From Planctomycetota bacterium (GTDB taxonomy: Bacteria; Planctomycetota; MHYJ01; JACPRB01), in NCBI GenBank assembly GCA_016190155.1, contig JACPRB010000082.1:1-54761 (forward strand): 54,761 nucleotides of DNA. The letters run 5' to 3'. Under the pieces are notes generated by a model. It had not been told where the DNA came from and searched no databases. It saw only the letters and a list, made by a program, of their open reading frames with translations. Positions 37,301 through 45,423 of this stretch are shown piece after piece. The translations under genes and the position numbers were made by a program. Position 1 is the stretch's first letter, and every line of letters starts with the position of its first letter.

Positions 37301-38698
37301 GCTGCACTGGGCCTGCGCCTTCACGCCGAAGGAGCCCGCCGTGGACCATGTGTGCGACTGGATCCCGCTGCCGAGCATCTGGGGGGAGCCGTCGCCCCAG
37401 TCGAAGCGGTATTGAACCGCGTGGGCCTGGTTGCAGGTCGAGGAGCCGGTCGAGTACGGGTACGACTGGCCCGTGCTTCCGTTGAGGGTTCCGCTGGGCG
37501 TGGACGGTTGTGTGAGGGCGTGGGAGGACATGGTCACGGAGAGCGCGCCGGACCACGAAGAGGACTGACCGGCGCTGCACTGGGCGTGGGCGCGCACGGA
37601 GTAGGTGGCGTTGAGCGTCCATGTATGGGATTGCGTCGATGAGCCCCAAGCGCCGATGGTGCCGTCCCCCCAATCGAGTTGGTACAGAGACACGGCGTGG
37701 CCCTGGTTGCAGGTCGAGGAGCCGGTCGTGAAAGCGTATGAGTTCCCGGTGATGCCGGAGGCGGTACCGCTGGGAGTTGAAGGGGTGGTCAGCGTGTGGG
37801 GCGCGATGATGGAGACGGTGACGGTCGTGGTGGACCAGGCGGATACGAGTCCTCCCGAGCACAGGGCTTGCGCTTTGACGACGAAGGTGCCCCCGGAACT
37901 CCAGCTGTGCGATTGGGTGGCGGCGCCCCAGCCTGAGACCGTGCCGTCGCCCCAATCGAACTGATAGAAGGAGATGGCATGAGCGAGGGTATCGGTGGCG
38001 TTGGCGGCGATGTAGCTGTAGAAGGCGCCCGTGTTTCCCGAGGTGGTTCCGGTGAGCGTGGCGGGCGCATTGACGGCGTGGCTGCCGATGGTGATGATGG
38101 GGCCGTTCACGTAGCCTGTGGTGAGATTGCCGGCGCACATGGCTCGGGCGCTGACCTGGAAACTGCTCGAGAAGGTCCAGGCATGGGATTGGGTGCCGGC
38201 GCCCCAGGGGCCCCAGCTCGTATCGCCCCAGCTGAACTGGTACTGCATCGAGTGGCCCCAGTTGCACGCCGCTCCGCCGGCGGTGAAGCTGTAGTTGGTC
38301 ATGGTCATTCCGTTGGTGGGGCCGGTGACCGTATGGGTAGTGGACCATCCGTGGATGGGTTTCGTTGTGGCGGAGGCGGTCGCCGAGGCGAAGCCAAACT
38401 GATTGTAGGGGTCGCTCCACCAAGACCTGATATAGTAGGAGTACGTGGTGTTGGGCAAGCGGCCGGTGTCGGAGATGGAGGTCGTATTGGGGGCGACGGT
38501 GGTCCATTCCGCCCCGTTTCGCCAGATCGTATAGGCGTCTTCATCGGGGGCATCGGTCCACGAGAGGTTGATCTGCATGTCCGAGACGGCGACGGCTGTC
38601 ACGCCTGTGGGGGCGGCCTGCGCGGCGGCGATGGAAGCGAGGGGGAGCATCAGGCCTAAGGTCGCAATGGCACGGAGTCTTGCAAGAACTCGAAACAT
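34373..38698 (-). CDS. giant secreted multidomain protein: 3 FN3 domains, 6 PKD-like (F/Y)xWGDG domains, C-terminal M64 (IgA-peptidase-like) zinc metalloprotease domain
   Basis: Signal peptide MFRVLARLRAIATLGLMLPLASIAAAQA. FN3: LSWT...Y.V.R...Y.YRVRAYD. Six repeats of about 95 aa contain C..GH...Y.F.WGD...SH.W...G.Y.V...A.C. LFVHEFGHVIANLGDEY is the HExxH...DEY motif typical of M64. Confidence 0.85.
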   Translation of the reverse strand: MFRVLARLRAIATLGLMLPLASIAAAQAAPTGVTAVAVSDMQINLSWTDAPDEDAYTIWRNGAEWTTVAPNTTSISDTGRLPNTTYSYYIRSWWSDPYNQFGFASATASATTKPIHGWSTTHTVTGPTNGMTMTNYSFTAGGAACNWGHSMQYQFSWGDTSWGPWGAGTQSHAWTFSSSFQVSARAMCAGNLTTGYVNGPIITIGSHAVNAPATLTGTTSGNTGAFYSYIAANATDTLAHAISFYQFDWGDGTVSGWGAATQSHSWSSGGTFVVKAQALCSGGLVSAWSTTTVTVSIIAPHTLTTPSTPSGTASGITGNSYAFTTGSSTCNQGHAVSLYQLDWGDGTIGAWGSSTQSHTWTLNATYSVRAHAQCSAGQSSSWSGALSVTMSSHALTQPSTPSGTLNGSTGQSYPYSTGSSTCNQAHAVQYRFDWGDGSPQMLGSGIQSHTWSTAGSFGVKAQAQCSAGIVSQWSNTVFVSITAPAAGPATPTGLTATAISSSRIDIAWAAVSGATGYNVWRLYNSNWWDLGNTAATTFSDIGLVSGAQFGYRVRAYDGAGNYSGYSLTATATTPTTHTVSAPSIPSGPGSGFSGTSLTFSTGGSTCSLGHSTIRYRFYWGDASAFSIFSTSTSASHTYTAAGTYYVWAQAYCATSAYPQSNWSSWWRVVVTAPSDTIPPTTPTGLAATSASSTQINLSWTASTDSGGSGLAGYKIERSTDNINFSEITTTAGTTYSNTGLTTGTTYYYRVRAYDGAGNNSLGYSNTASAVPVNHTVSTPAQPTGFTHGIVGAGYSYSTFGSTCTLGHTVKYRFSWGDGSPLTSFSQASSAVHAFSAEGTFSVSVQATCTGSPYPQSFWSAGLLVVIQNCGTITGDNVNVPVYLPFPFKFGSTTYSTNWPLRVCSNGWISLSDSISTSGTPPANLPTGSVSNVIAGLWDNLLPTGGANGAITWAATSTYVAITWNAVAYNRNTSKHATFTITFRSDSTVDLTYGPVDLINDYCQGFQYSTSWGTTWGTDGFMPQNRTIQNFWCFSFNKPYQLIYGYKTDGTATNDPALVDTGRIDVVFVGEGFASSNVALFRNKTLAAADALRATEPFGSSHLNKFNFWRVMATSPSPYTRTMGVINRDTYNDLHVRDAASVSPGNNFMCVLVNDPNDISGSAQGVGSGSIIVWGGPNTTRFSQLFVHEFGHVIANLGDEYITERGFAKNYNESRDSATRTWNGSTTLSVFYTAPASPNPPKAFVVRPRELTASSGMADLYIYRCSGNTRLYPAVGIYPDRNFQYVSTLTLRGVTTSDHAPHEAPSPFSLSFTPSAPGETYEIALSSLNGTAELWVDIDIAAGQASDTSCPNLTFFPSTTTKVAAAQWELGAWDTLSSPAVKIHFYQGGDNNSGSYVGIWRPTRASCLMNHSGGTDPIRYCLVCRNGVNQRIAATYPGQYPN

Positions 38699-39326
38699 AA
38701 GCCCTCCCAACCGACCCCCTGCGATGGTATGGGCTTAGCAATTCGTATGCCTGATTCTAGCTTTAGTGGCTGTATAACACCTTGATGAGTAGGTTGTTAC
38801 GCTCGCATTCTGACGGGAAGCCTAGTCCGGGCCTGGGTGTGTAATGTGGCGTGACGTAAAGTCTAAAGAAAGGGCTCGATGCAGGCAGGATCGATGTGCC
38901 GGACCGGGCCAAGAGGGAGGCTCGTGTTGTTTGCTTACGTAACACGCTTGTACGCAATGTGATGTATGCGATGTTGTGGTGCAGGGCCCGCTTTGCGAGG
39001 CGCGGGAGTTCTGGCGTGCTTGAGGGGCTGCTTGTAACGTGGCGTGGCATAAGGAGACATCCCAGGAGCCTCGCTTCGCGATGACTGCGCGATGCACACT
39101 AACGAGGAGTTTGAGCCGCCCGCAAACGGCAGCGAGTCGAACCATGGGCAACCCGTGCGACTCCAGCCGCCTGCAATTGAGGGTGCAGTCGGCTTCGGCT
39201 CAGGGAGAGTCCGCCGCAAGGGAGACGACTCATTACGGCGGACTCGAGCTTCGCACTTTCGACAGACGTAGGTTGTCTATCTCGCAGTGACATCGGGCCG
39301 TGGCATTGAATCTGTGGCCAAGCGCT

Positions 39327-39355
39327 TTGCGTTTTGCGAATCGGAATGCTATTGT
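39327..39355 (+). promoter_or_regulatory. sigma70-type promoter; implies a leaderless mRNA for the NtrC-like regulator
   Basis: TTGCGT-17 nt-TATTGT. The -10 ends 6 nt before ATG 39362. Confidence 0.4.
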
Positions 39356-39361
39356 CATTCT

Positions 39362-40684
39362 ATGCTCCACGTCTTGGTTGTAGATTCCGATACGGCGTTC
39401 GTCAAGGCGCTCCAGGATCAGCTCGAAGGCGCGGGCGACGTTCGCGTAGATGTCGCCGGAGCAACGCAGGGGATGTTCGAGCGGCTCCGCGGAGACGGCG
39501 TTGACCTGGTGTTCTTGTCGTCCGAGCTCAAGGAGGCGATGGGTGCCCTTGAGGAGGTCAAGCGCTCGCATCCCGATCTCGACGTCGTGTTGACGGCGAC
39601 GAATTCGAGGATGGAGATCGCGGTGAGGGCGATGAAACTGGGCGCCAGCGATTACCTCGCGAAGCCCTTGCGTGCCGAGCAGGTGGCTATGGCGATCGAA
39701 CGGGCGCGTCGCATTCGCCGGCTGTCCGAGGAGAACCGGCGGTTGCGCGAGCAGCTGCGGGAGCGGGCTTCGACCCAGCAGTTCGTCGGTCACACGATGG
39801 AGATGCAACGTGTGCACGAGCAGATCGCGCGCGCGGCGCAGACCGACTCCTGCGTGCTCTTCGTGGGCGAGCCGGGTACGGGGAAGGAGCAGGCCGCTCG
39901 CGCGGTTCATCAAGGGGGAGCGCGGCGCGAGCATCTGTTCGTCCACGTCGATTGCCGCGGCGGTCGTCCGGAAATCCTGGAATCCGAGATCGTCGCGGCC
40001 TTTCAAAAGGCCTCGGGCGGTGCGGTGTTCCTCGATGAGGTGGCCGACTTGCCTCTGGCGCTGCAAACTCCCGTAGCGCGAGTCATTGTGGATCGCGTCA
40101 TTCGCCCGTCGGGGGCGAGCGCGGATATTGCAGTCGACGCGCGGATCATGGCGTCATCGAGTCGGAATGTCCTCGAAGCGGTCGGACGGGGGAGCTTGCG
40201 ACAGGATCTCGTCGAGCGGCTTTCCGTCACGACGATCGCCCTGCCTGCTTTGCGCGAGCGACTGGATGACGTGCCGCTGCTGGTCGATGCGTTCCTCAAG
40301 CGGCGTGCGGCCTCGGGGAAGCGCGCCCCGCGGGCGGTGTCGGCGGACGCTTTGTCGACGCTCATGGCGTACTCCTGGCCAGGGACCGTGCACGAGTTGG
40401 GACAGGCGGTGGATCGCGCCTGCGAGCTGGGAGAGGGCGACGTGCTGGAGCGGCGGCATCTGCCGCCGACGGTGATTCAAGAGGCGGAGGCGCGCCGCGC
40501 CATGGGAGACACGGAAGTTACGACGCGGTCGCTGCGCGAGATGGAGTCGGAAGTCATCCAGAAGCTCCTGACGGAGCACCGCGGCAACACGGAGATCGTC
40601 TCGAAGCTCCTCAAGATCGATCGGAGCACGCTGTACCGCAAGATCAAGCGGTACGGAATCCCGCTGGATGATCTGAAGGAGTAA
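39362..40684 (+). CDS. NtrC-family AAA+ transcriptional regulator (receiver-AAA+-Fis HTH) lacking GAFTGA and the phosphoacceptor Asp
   Basis: Receiver VLVVDSD...DLVFLSSELKE...VVLTAT...YLAKP. AAA+ VLFVGEPGTGKE (Walker A) and GGAVFLDEV (Walker B). HTH GNTEIVSKLLKIDRSTLYRKIKRYGI. Between ESEI and GGAVFLDE there are only 8 residues, so no GAFTGA loop. Confidence 0.85.
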   Translation: MLHVLVVDSDTAFVKALQDQLEGAGDVRVDVAGATQGMFERLRGDGVDLVFLSSELKEAMGALEEVKRSHPDLDVVLTATNSRMEIAVRAMKLGASDYLAKPLRAEQVAMAIERARRIRRLSEENRRLREQLRERASTQQFVGHTMEMQRVHEQIARAAQTDSCVLFVGEPGTGKEQAARAVHQGGARREHLFVHVDCRGGRPEILESEIVAAFQKASGGAVFLDEVADLPLALQTPVARVIVDRVIRPSGASADIAVDARIMASSSRNVLEAVGRGSLRQDLVERLSVTTIALPALRERLDDVPLLVDAFLKRRAASGKRAPRAVSADALSTLMAYSWPGTVHELGQAVDRACELGEGDVLERRHLPPTVIQEAEARRAMGDTEVTTRSLREMESEVIQKLLTEHRGNTEIVSKLLKIDRSTLYRKIKRYGIPLDDLKE

Positions 40685-40706
40685 CGCGGGAAGTCGCGCG
40701 AGGGCT

Positions 40707-40970
40707 CTACTTGAGGGACGCGACGCGTCCAGCCAAGCGGGCCTTGTGTCGGGCCGCGTTGTTGGGGTGAATCGTCCCCTTGCGGGCCGCGCGATCCAGC
40801 AGCTTGTACGCCAGCTTGAGGCTCTCTCCCGCGGCGGTCTTGTCCTTCTTCTCCACTTCGGCGGCGACCTTGCGGATCTGCGTGCGCAGGGCGGACTTGA
40901 TCGTCTTGTTGCGCAGGCGGCGTTTGTCGTTTCTGCGGATGTTGCGGTGCCCGGTGATCGTGTGAGCCAT
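40707..40970 (-). CDS. rpsT: 30S ribosomal protein S20
   Basis: MAHTITGHRNIRRNDKRRLRNKTIKSALRTQIRK...IHPNNAARHKARL. Confidence 0.95.
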   Translation of the reverse strand: MAHTITGHRNIRRNDKRRLRNKTIKSALRTQIRKVAAEVEKKDKTAAGESLKLAYKLLDRAARKGTIHPNNAARHKARLAGRVASLK

Positions 40971-41085
40971 CTTCAGTACCCGTTTCAGAATGGGGAGGCG
41001 CTTCCGTTCGCGTCTGAGCGCTTGGCCGTCGCCTCGTCAGTGGGGGAGAAGATAAGGAGATTGTTCCAGGATGTCAAGGCCGAGG

Positions 41086-42429
41086 TCATGCGCCGTTCTG
41101 CCATTTCTCCAGCATCTGGCTGATGTCGCGATAGTTGATGTCGATCTCGATGATCTTGTTGGCCAGCTGGATGGCCAGGTCCTTCTTGCCCGCTTCGGCG
41201 CTGCACAGCGCGCGGTAGTACCAGATCTCCAGCTGCACCGATTGTGGGATCGTACCGGCTTCCTCGGCCTTGTGGTACTGCGTCTCGGCCATCGCGTAAT
41301 TCTTCTTCTTCCGGAACGCGTGGCCCAGGTAGATGCACGATTCGACCTTCTTCTTCGGGTCCTTCACCGACTGCTGGAACTCGTGGATGGCTTCGTCCAG
41401 GCGGGCCGATCCCGCCTGGTAGTAAGCCTTGCCCAGCTCGTATCGAAGGACCATGTCGGTGGGCCGGTCCTGGACGCGACGCTCGAAGGACTGGATCACG
41501 AACTTGAGGCGATCCGCCTTGAGCTGGGCCAGCGTCGGATCGTTGTTCTTCAGCGCGGCTTCGATGCCGCCGTCGAGGAGGCGGATGCCGCAGTCGTCCA
41601 CCTTATCTCTCATGACGGAGTCCTGCGGGGCCAGCGCGCTGGCTTTCTTGTACCATTCGCGCGCTTCGGTGAAATCCTTCTTCCGCTCGAAGAAGAGGTC
41701 GCCGATCTTCTTGGGTATCCTCGGGTCGGTCGGGTCCTTGTCCATCTCCTTCTTGAGATCTTCCAGGAGCGCCTGGAACTGCTCGTCGGTCTGGATCGTG
41801 TGATGCTGGATCTCGAGGATCGCCGCCTGGTCCTTGTTCTTGATGATGTTCCGGTAGGTGTCCGCTTTCTCGATTCCGGTCTTCTTCATGGACGTCATGG
41901 CGGCGATGTCGCGGCGCAGCTTCGCGATGTCGCGGTCCTCTCCCGCGTGAGCGACGACCTTCTCGAGGATCTTCTCCGCTTCCTCGATGCGATTGAGTTT
42001 GGTCAGCGCGGCCACGAGGATCTTGGCGGCGCCGAGGTTCTTGCCGTCGATGCTGAGCGCCGTGTCCGCCTCTGCGGCGGCCCCGCCGGGGTGTCCGAGA
42101 TCGAGAAGCAGCTGCGCCAGTGTAGTCCGAACGGCGGCGTCGTACGGCTCTTCGCAAAGGTGCTTCAAGGCGAGTTCGATCTTCTTGACGGGGTCCTTGG
42201 TCGCGGAGAGCTGGACCTGGATCTTGCCCTTGCCGAAGAAGGTCGTGATGCGACTCTTCTGGCCGCGCTCCTGGATCTTCTTCAGGCACGCGGCGTAGAG
42301 GGACTTGTGCGTCAACTCGTGGTCCGGATCGAGAGCGAGGATGTTCAGGAACAGGTCTCGCGCGTAATCGTAGTTCTTCTTGGCGAAGGCCTCTTCCGCC
42401 CGCTTGTACAGACCCGCAACGTCCGCCAT
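41086..42429 (-). CDS. TPR repeat protein
   Basis: MADVAGLYKRAEEAFAKKNYDYARDLFLNILALDPDH..., with repeated TPR-like helical hairpins throughout. Confidence 0.75.
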   Translation of the reverse strand: MADVAGLYKRAEEAFAKKNYDYARDLFLNILALDPDHELTHKSLYAACLKKIQERGQKSRITTFFGKGKIQVQLSATKDPVKKIELALKHLCEEPYDAAVRTTLAQLLLDLGHPGGAAAEADTALSIDGKNLGAAKILVAALTKLNRIEEAEKILEKVVAHAGEDRDIAKLRRDIAAMTSMKKTGIEKADTYRNIIKNKDQAAILEIQHHTIQTDEQFQALLEDLKKEMDKDPTDPRIPKKIGDLFFERKKDFTEAREWYKKASALAPQDSVMRDKVDDCGIRLLDGGIEAALKNNDPTLAQLKADRLKFVIQSFERRVQDRPTDMVLRYELGKAYYQAGSARLDEAIHEFQQSVKDPKKKVESCIYLGHAFRKKKNYAMAETQYHKAEEAGTIPQSVQLEIWYYRALCSAEAGKKDLAIQLANKIIEIDINYRDISQMLEKWQNGA

Positions 42430-42645
42430 AAGCAGCCCCAAAAAGCAGAATAAACCGCGATCTTAGTCGGTGCCGTGGAGAGGGTCAAGACGGTCCGAAC
42501 CCATCCCCTCGGGTGGCGCCGGGCGGCACGTGATCCGAGGCGATCCGCCGACGCGAACGCCGAAGTCGAACGGGTGGAGTCTAGGCCTTCCGCCCGCGAG
42601 GGTCCACTAAATTTGCTCGCCGTTCGGGGATCCTCCGCCGAGACG

Positions 42646-42674
42646 TTGTTACGCCCGAATCGGCCCTGTATAAT
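42646..42674 (+). promoter_or_regulatory. sigma70-type promoter; implies a leaderless def mRNA
   Basis: TTGTTA-17 nt-TATAAT. The -10 ends 8 nt before ATG 42683. Confidence 0.55.
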
Positions 42675-42682
42675 TCCGTGTT

Positions 42683-43243
42683 ATGGGCCTCAAGATGGTC
42701 TTCTACCCCGATCCGCGGCTGCGCGAGGTCTCCAAGGCGGTGATGCCGGAGGATATGACGCAGATTCGGGAAACGGTGCCGCGCATGTTCGAGGTGATGT
42801 ACCGACAGCGCGGCGTCGGCTTGGCCGGCCCCCAGGTCGGGTTCATGAGGCGCATCATCGTGGCCAATCTTACGGCCGATCCGCAGAACAAGGCCGAGGA
42901 GAAGGTCTTCCTCAACCCTCAGATCCGCAAGAAGTCCGGGAGCATGTTCGAGGACGAGGGGTGTTTGTCCCTTCCGGGCATCACGGCCAAGATCCGGCGA
43001 GCGGCCGGCGTCAAGGCGGTCTATTTCGATGTCGAAGGGCAGATGTGGGAAGTGGATTGCGAAGGGCTCTGCGCGAAACTCTTCCAGCACGAGATCGACC
43101 ACTTGGACGGCGTGCTGATGATCGACAAGATGTCCGCGGCGGACATCAAGCAATTCAAGCCGCTGCTGCGGGAGCTCGAAGAGGACTACAAGGCCAAGCG
43201 TGAGCCGAAACATCGTCGGAATGCGGTGCCGACGGAGCTGTGA
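42683..43243 (+). CDS. def: peptide deformylase
   Basis: GVGLAGPQVG, EGCLSLPG and HEIDHLDG are the three deformylase motifs. Confidence 0.96.
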   Translation: MGLKMVFYPDPRLREVSKAVMPEDMTQIRETVPRMFEVMYRQRGVGLAGPQVGFMRRIIVANLTADPQNKAEEKVFLNPQIRKKSGSMFEDEGCLSLPGITAKIRRAAGVKAVYFDVEGQMWEVDCEGLCAKLFQHEIDHLDGVLMIDKMSAADIKQFKPLLRELEEDYKAKREPKHRRNAVPTEL

Positions 43244-43324
43244 CGCCGCGCGATGCCTATAACCGTTCGCCGCAAAGCGCGTTCTGAGGAATAAGGGAGG
43301 CCGGTGCACCCCAATCGACGCAAG

Positions 43325-43650
43325 GGAGAGCCTGGAACGCTCAATCCGCCGGTTGAAAGGTCTTCTCTGCAGTACTCACGATCAACATCCTTCCACGGCG
43401 CGAAGATATTTCAGCGTGTTTACGCAACAAACTGGATCCCAAGCGGTTTCGGCGATATCAGCCGAAGGAAGTCCGATCAATCGCAGAGGACACTGAGACC
43501 AGGAAGGAGAACGCAGAGGATTCTCAAGAGGAGAATCTCTGCGTCCTCTGCCCGAACTCTGCGGTCTCAGCGGTTAGTCTTTCCCAGACGAGTGGGAATT
43601 CATGCAGAGCCCACCAACCCCTTGTTGGGTTGCGGCACCGCCGCGCCGCG
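43325..43650. repeat. copy of the dispersed repeat family, inverted relative to the 5261-5730 copy; boundaries approximate
   Basis: 43450-43650 is the reverse complement of 5293-5494. 43360-43440 matches the reverse complement of the 5500-5560 and 5690-5730 segments. There is an internal 14-bp hairpin acgcagaggattctc-aagag-gagaatctctgcgt at 43511-43544. Confidence 0.7.
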
Positions 43651-43716
43651 ATTCCCTTTGGGTTCGACAAGCTCGCCACAAGCGCGGTTCTCGGCACGCT
43701 TCGCGGTAATCACACT

Positions 43717-44643
43717 ATGATCATCCTGCGAGGTCTCGAGTCAACCCCGGATCCCCGACTGGCCGGCAGCGTGGTCACCTGGGGGGTGTTCGACGGCGTT
43801 CATCGAGGCCACCGCCAGGTGCTGGCGACATTGACCTCCTGGGCGCGAGAGCGGGGAGCGCCGGCGGTCGTGGTCACGTTCGATCGACATCCGGCGGAGG
43901 TCCTGCGGGGGATCGAGGTCCCGCTGGTGTGCCCTCTCGAGGAGCGCCTCGACCTGATCGGCGGGTGCGGAGTGGACGTGACGCTCGTGCTTTCCTTCAC
44001 GAAGGCGTTCGCGCAGAACACCGCGGAGGGGTTCGTTGCGGAGATCATCGTGGGACGCGTCAGAGCGAAGGCGATCCTGCTCGGACACGACTCCCACTTC
44101 GGAAAGGACCGGGCGGGCGATTACGACTTCCTGAAAGGGATCGGCGAACGTCTCGGGGTGGAGGTGCGCGCGTGCGAGCCGCTGCTGCACCGGGGCCGCC
44201 CGATGTCCAGTTCCTTGGTACGGGAGGCGGTGGCGGCGGGCAGGCTCGACGAGGCCTCGGAGTTGCTGGGGCGGCCGTTCTCGTTGCACGGCGTCGTGGT
44301 GGCGGGCGACGGCCGGGGGCGTTCGATCGGGGTGCCGACGGCGAACCTGGAGCTCCGGCACAAGGTGCGGCCTCCGGGAGGAGTCTACGCGGTGTGGGTC
44401 CTGACGGGCGGCGGCACGTGGCCGGGCGTGGCGAACATCGGCACGCGGCCGACGTTCATCGCCGGAGGCTCCGAGAACGTGGAGGTGCACCTGCTGGACT
44501 ATTCCGGCGAGGCGCTCTACGGGCGCGAGCTGGAGGTGCGGTTCGTGGCGCGCTTGCGCGACGAGCGCAAGTTCGCCGGGGTGGAGGATCTGAGGCGTCA
44601 GATCCGGGAGGATATCGCGGCGGCGCGCGCGCTGCTGCGGTGA
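43717..44643 (+). CDS. ribF: bifunctional riboflavin kinase / FAD synthetase
   Basis: GVFDGVHRGHRQVL, ...GRGRSIGVPTANL..., GVANIGTRPTF, EVHLLDY...LYGRELEVRFVARLRDERKF. Confidence 0.93.
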   Translation: MIILRGLESTPDPRLAGSVVTWGVFDGVHRGHRQVLATLTSWARERGAPAVVVTFDRHPAEVLRGIEVPLVCPLEERLDLIGGCGVDVTLVLSFTKAFAQNTAEGFVAEIIVGRVRAKAILLGHDSHFGKDRAGDYDFLKGIGERLGVEVRACEPLLHRGRPMSSSLVREAVAAGRLDEASELLGRPFSLHGVVVAGDGRGRSIGVPTANLELRHKVRPPGGVYAVWVLTGGGTWPGVANIGTRPTFIAGGSENVEVHLLDYSGEALYGRELEVRFVARLRDERKFAGVEDLRRQIREDIAAARALLR

Positions 44644-44646
44644 CGC

Positions 44647-45423
44647 GTGAGACACTTCGATCCAGAGTTCCTACGGCGTCTGGAGGCGTTGCGACTGGCG
44701 GTCCGCCGCCGGGCGGCCGGCGCCCGGGAAGGCGACCGAACCAGCGGAAAGCCCGGAGGCGCGGCGGTGCATCTCGCGCATCGAGCGTACGTTCCGGGGG
44801 ACGACTTTCGCGCCGTGGACTGGAATCTGTACGCGAGGTTGGAGGAGCTCTTCGTCCGCGAGCGCGAGCGCGAGCAGGCGGCGAGGCTTCATGTCGTGCT
44901 GGATGCGAGCGCGTCCATGAATCAGGGAGGCAAGCTCGATTTCGCGTGCCGGCTGGCGGCGGCGCTGGGCACGATCGCGGAGGCCGAAGGCGGCGAGGCG
45001 GTGCTCTGGTGCGGCGCGCCGCGACGGCTCACTCTGGACGCGCTCGACGGGATTTCCGACGGACCGGCCGCCTCGGTTTCGGCTCGGGCGCTGCCGCCGC
45101 GGGCGCTTGCGGTCGCGATCAGCGATCCGTGGGACGAGCCGGTATTGAGCGCTCCCGCGACGCTCGTGCACGTGCTGGCCCGGGATGAGATCGAGCCTTC
45201 GGTCCGGGGGATGGCGCGCGTCGTCGACAGCGAGACCCGCGCGTGGGTCGATCGTTACGTCGGCGAGGAGGAGGTCGCGGAGTACAAGAGGCGGTTGGGG
45301 GAGCGGTTGGCCCGATGGCGCGAGTGGGCGCATCGGCGGGAGGTCGGGTATGTCCGTTGCACGGCCGACGAGTCCCTCGACGAGGTGATCCGGCTGTTCC
45401 TACGCGAGGGAGTCCTCGAATGA
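44647..45423 (+). CDS. DUF58 domain protein (vWA-like, MoxR/Bat-system associated family)
   Basis: HRAYVPGDDFRAVDWNLYARLEELFVRE...VLDASASM is the DUF58 signature. GTG start. Confidence 0.8.
   Translation: MRHFDPEFLRRLEALRLAVRRRAAGAREGDRTSGKPGGAAVHLAHRAYVPGDDFRAVDWNLYARLEELFVREREREQAARLHVVLDASASMNQGGKLDFACRLAAALGTIAEAEGGEAVLWCGAPRRLTLDALDGISDGPAASVSARALPPRALAVAISDPWDEPVLSAPATLVHVLARDEIEPSVRGMARVVDSETRAWVDRYVGEEEVAEYKRRLGERLARWREWAHRREVGYVRCTADESLDEVIRLFLREGVLE

Noticed and set aside
39311-39327. Sigma54-like element TGGCCA-N5-TTTGCG upstream of the NtrC-like gene
   Set aside because: The GG to GC spacing is 11 nt rather than the canonical 10, and the -24 element is TGGCCA rather than TGGCAC. 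A well-spaced sigma70-type promoter overlaps the same region.
38711-39361. Test of the long intergenic region for RNase P RNA, tmRNA, SRP RNA or tRNA
   Set aside because: On either strand there is no GAGGAAAGUCCGG-type P4 sequence, no tRNA-like 3-prime end with a GGTTCGAATCC T-arm plus CCA context, no plausible tag ORF ending in an Ala-Ala stop, and no SRP GGAA motif hairpin.
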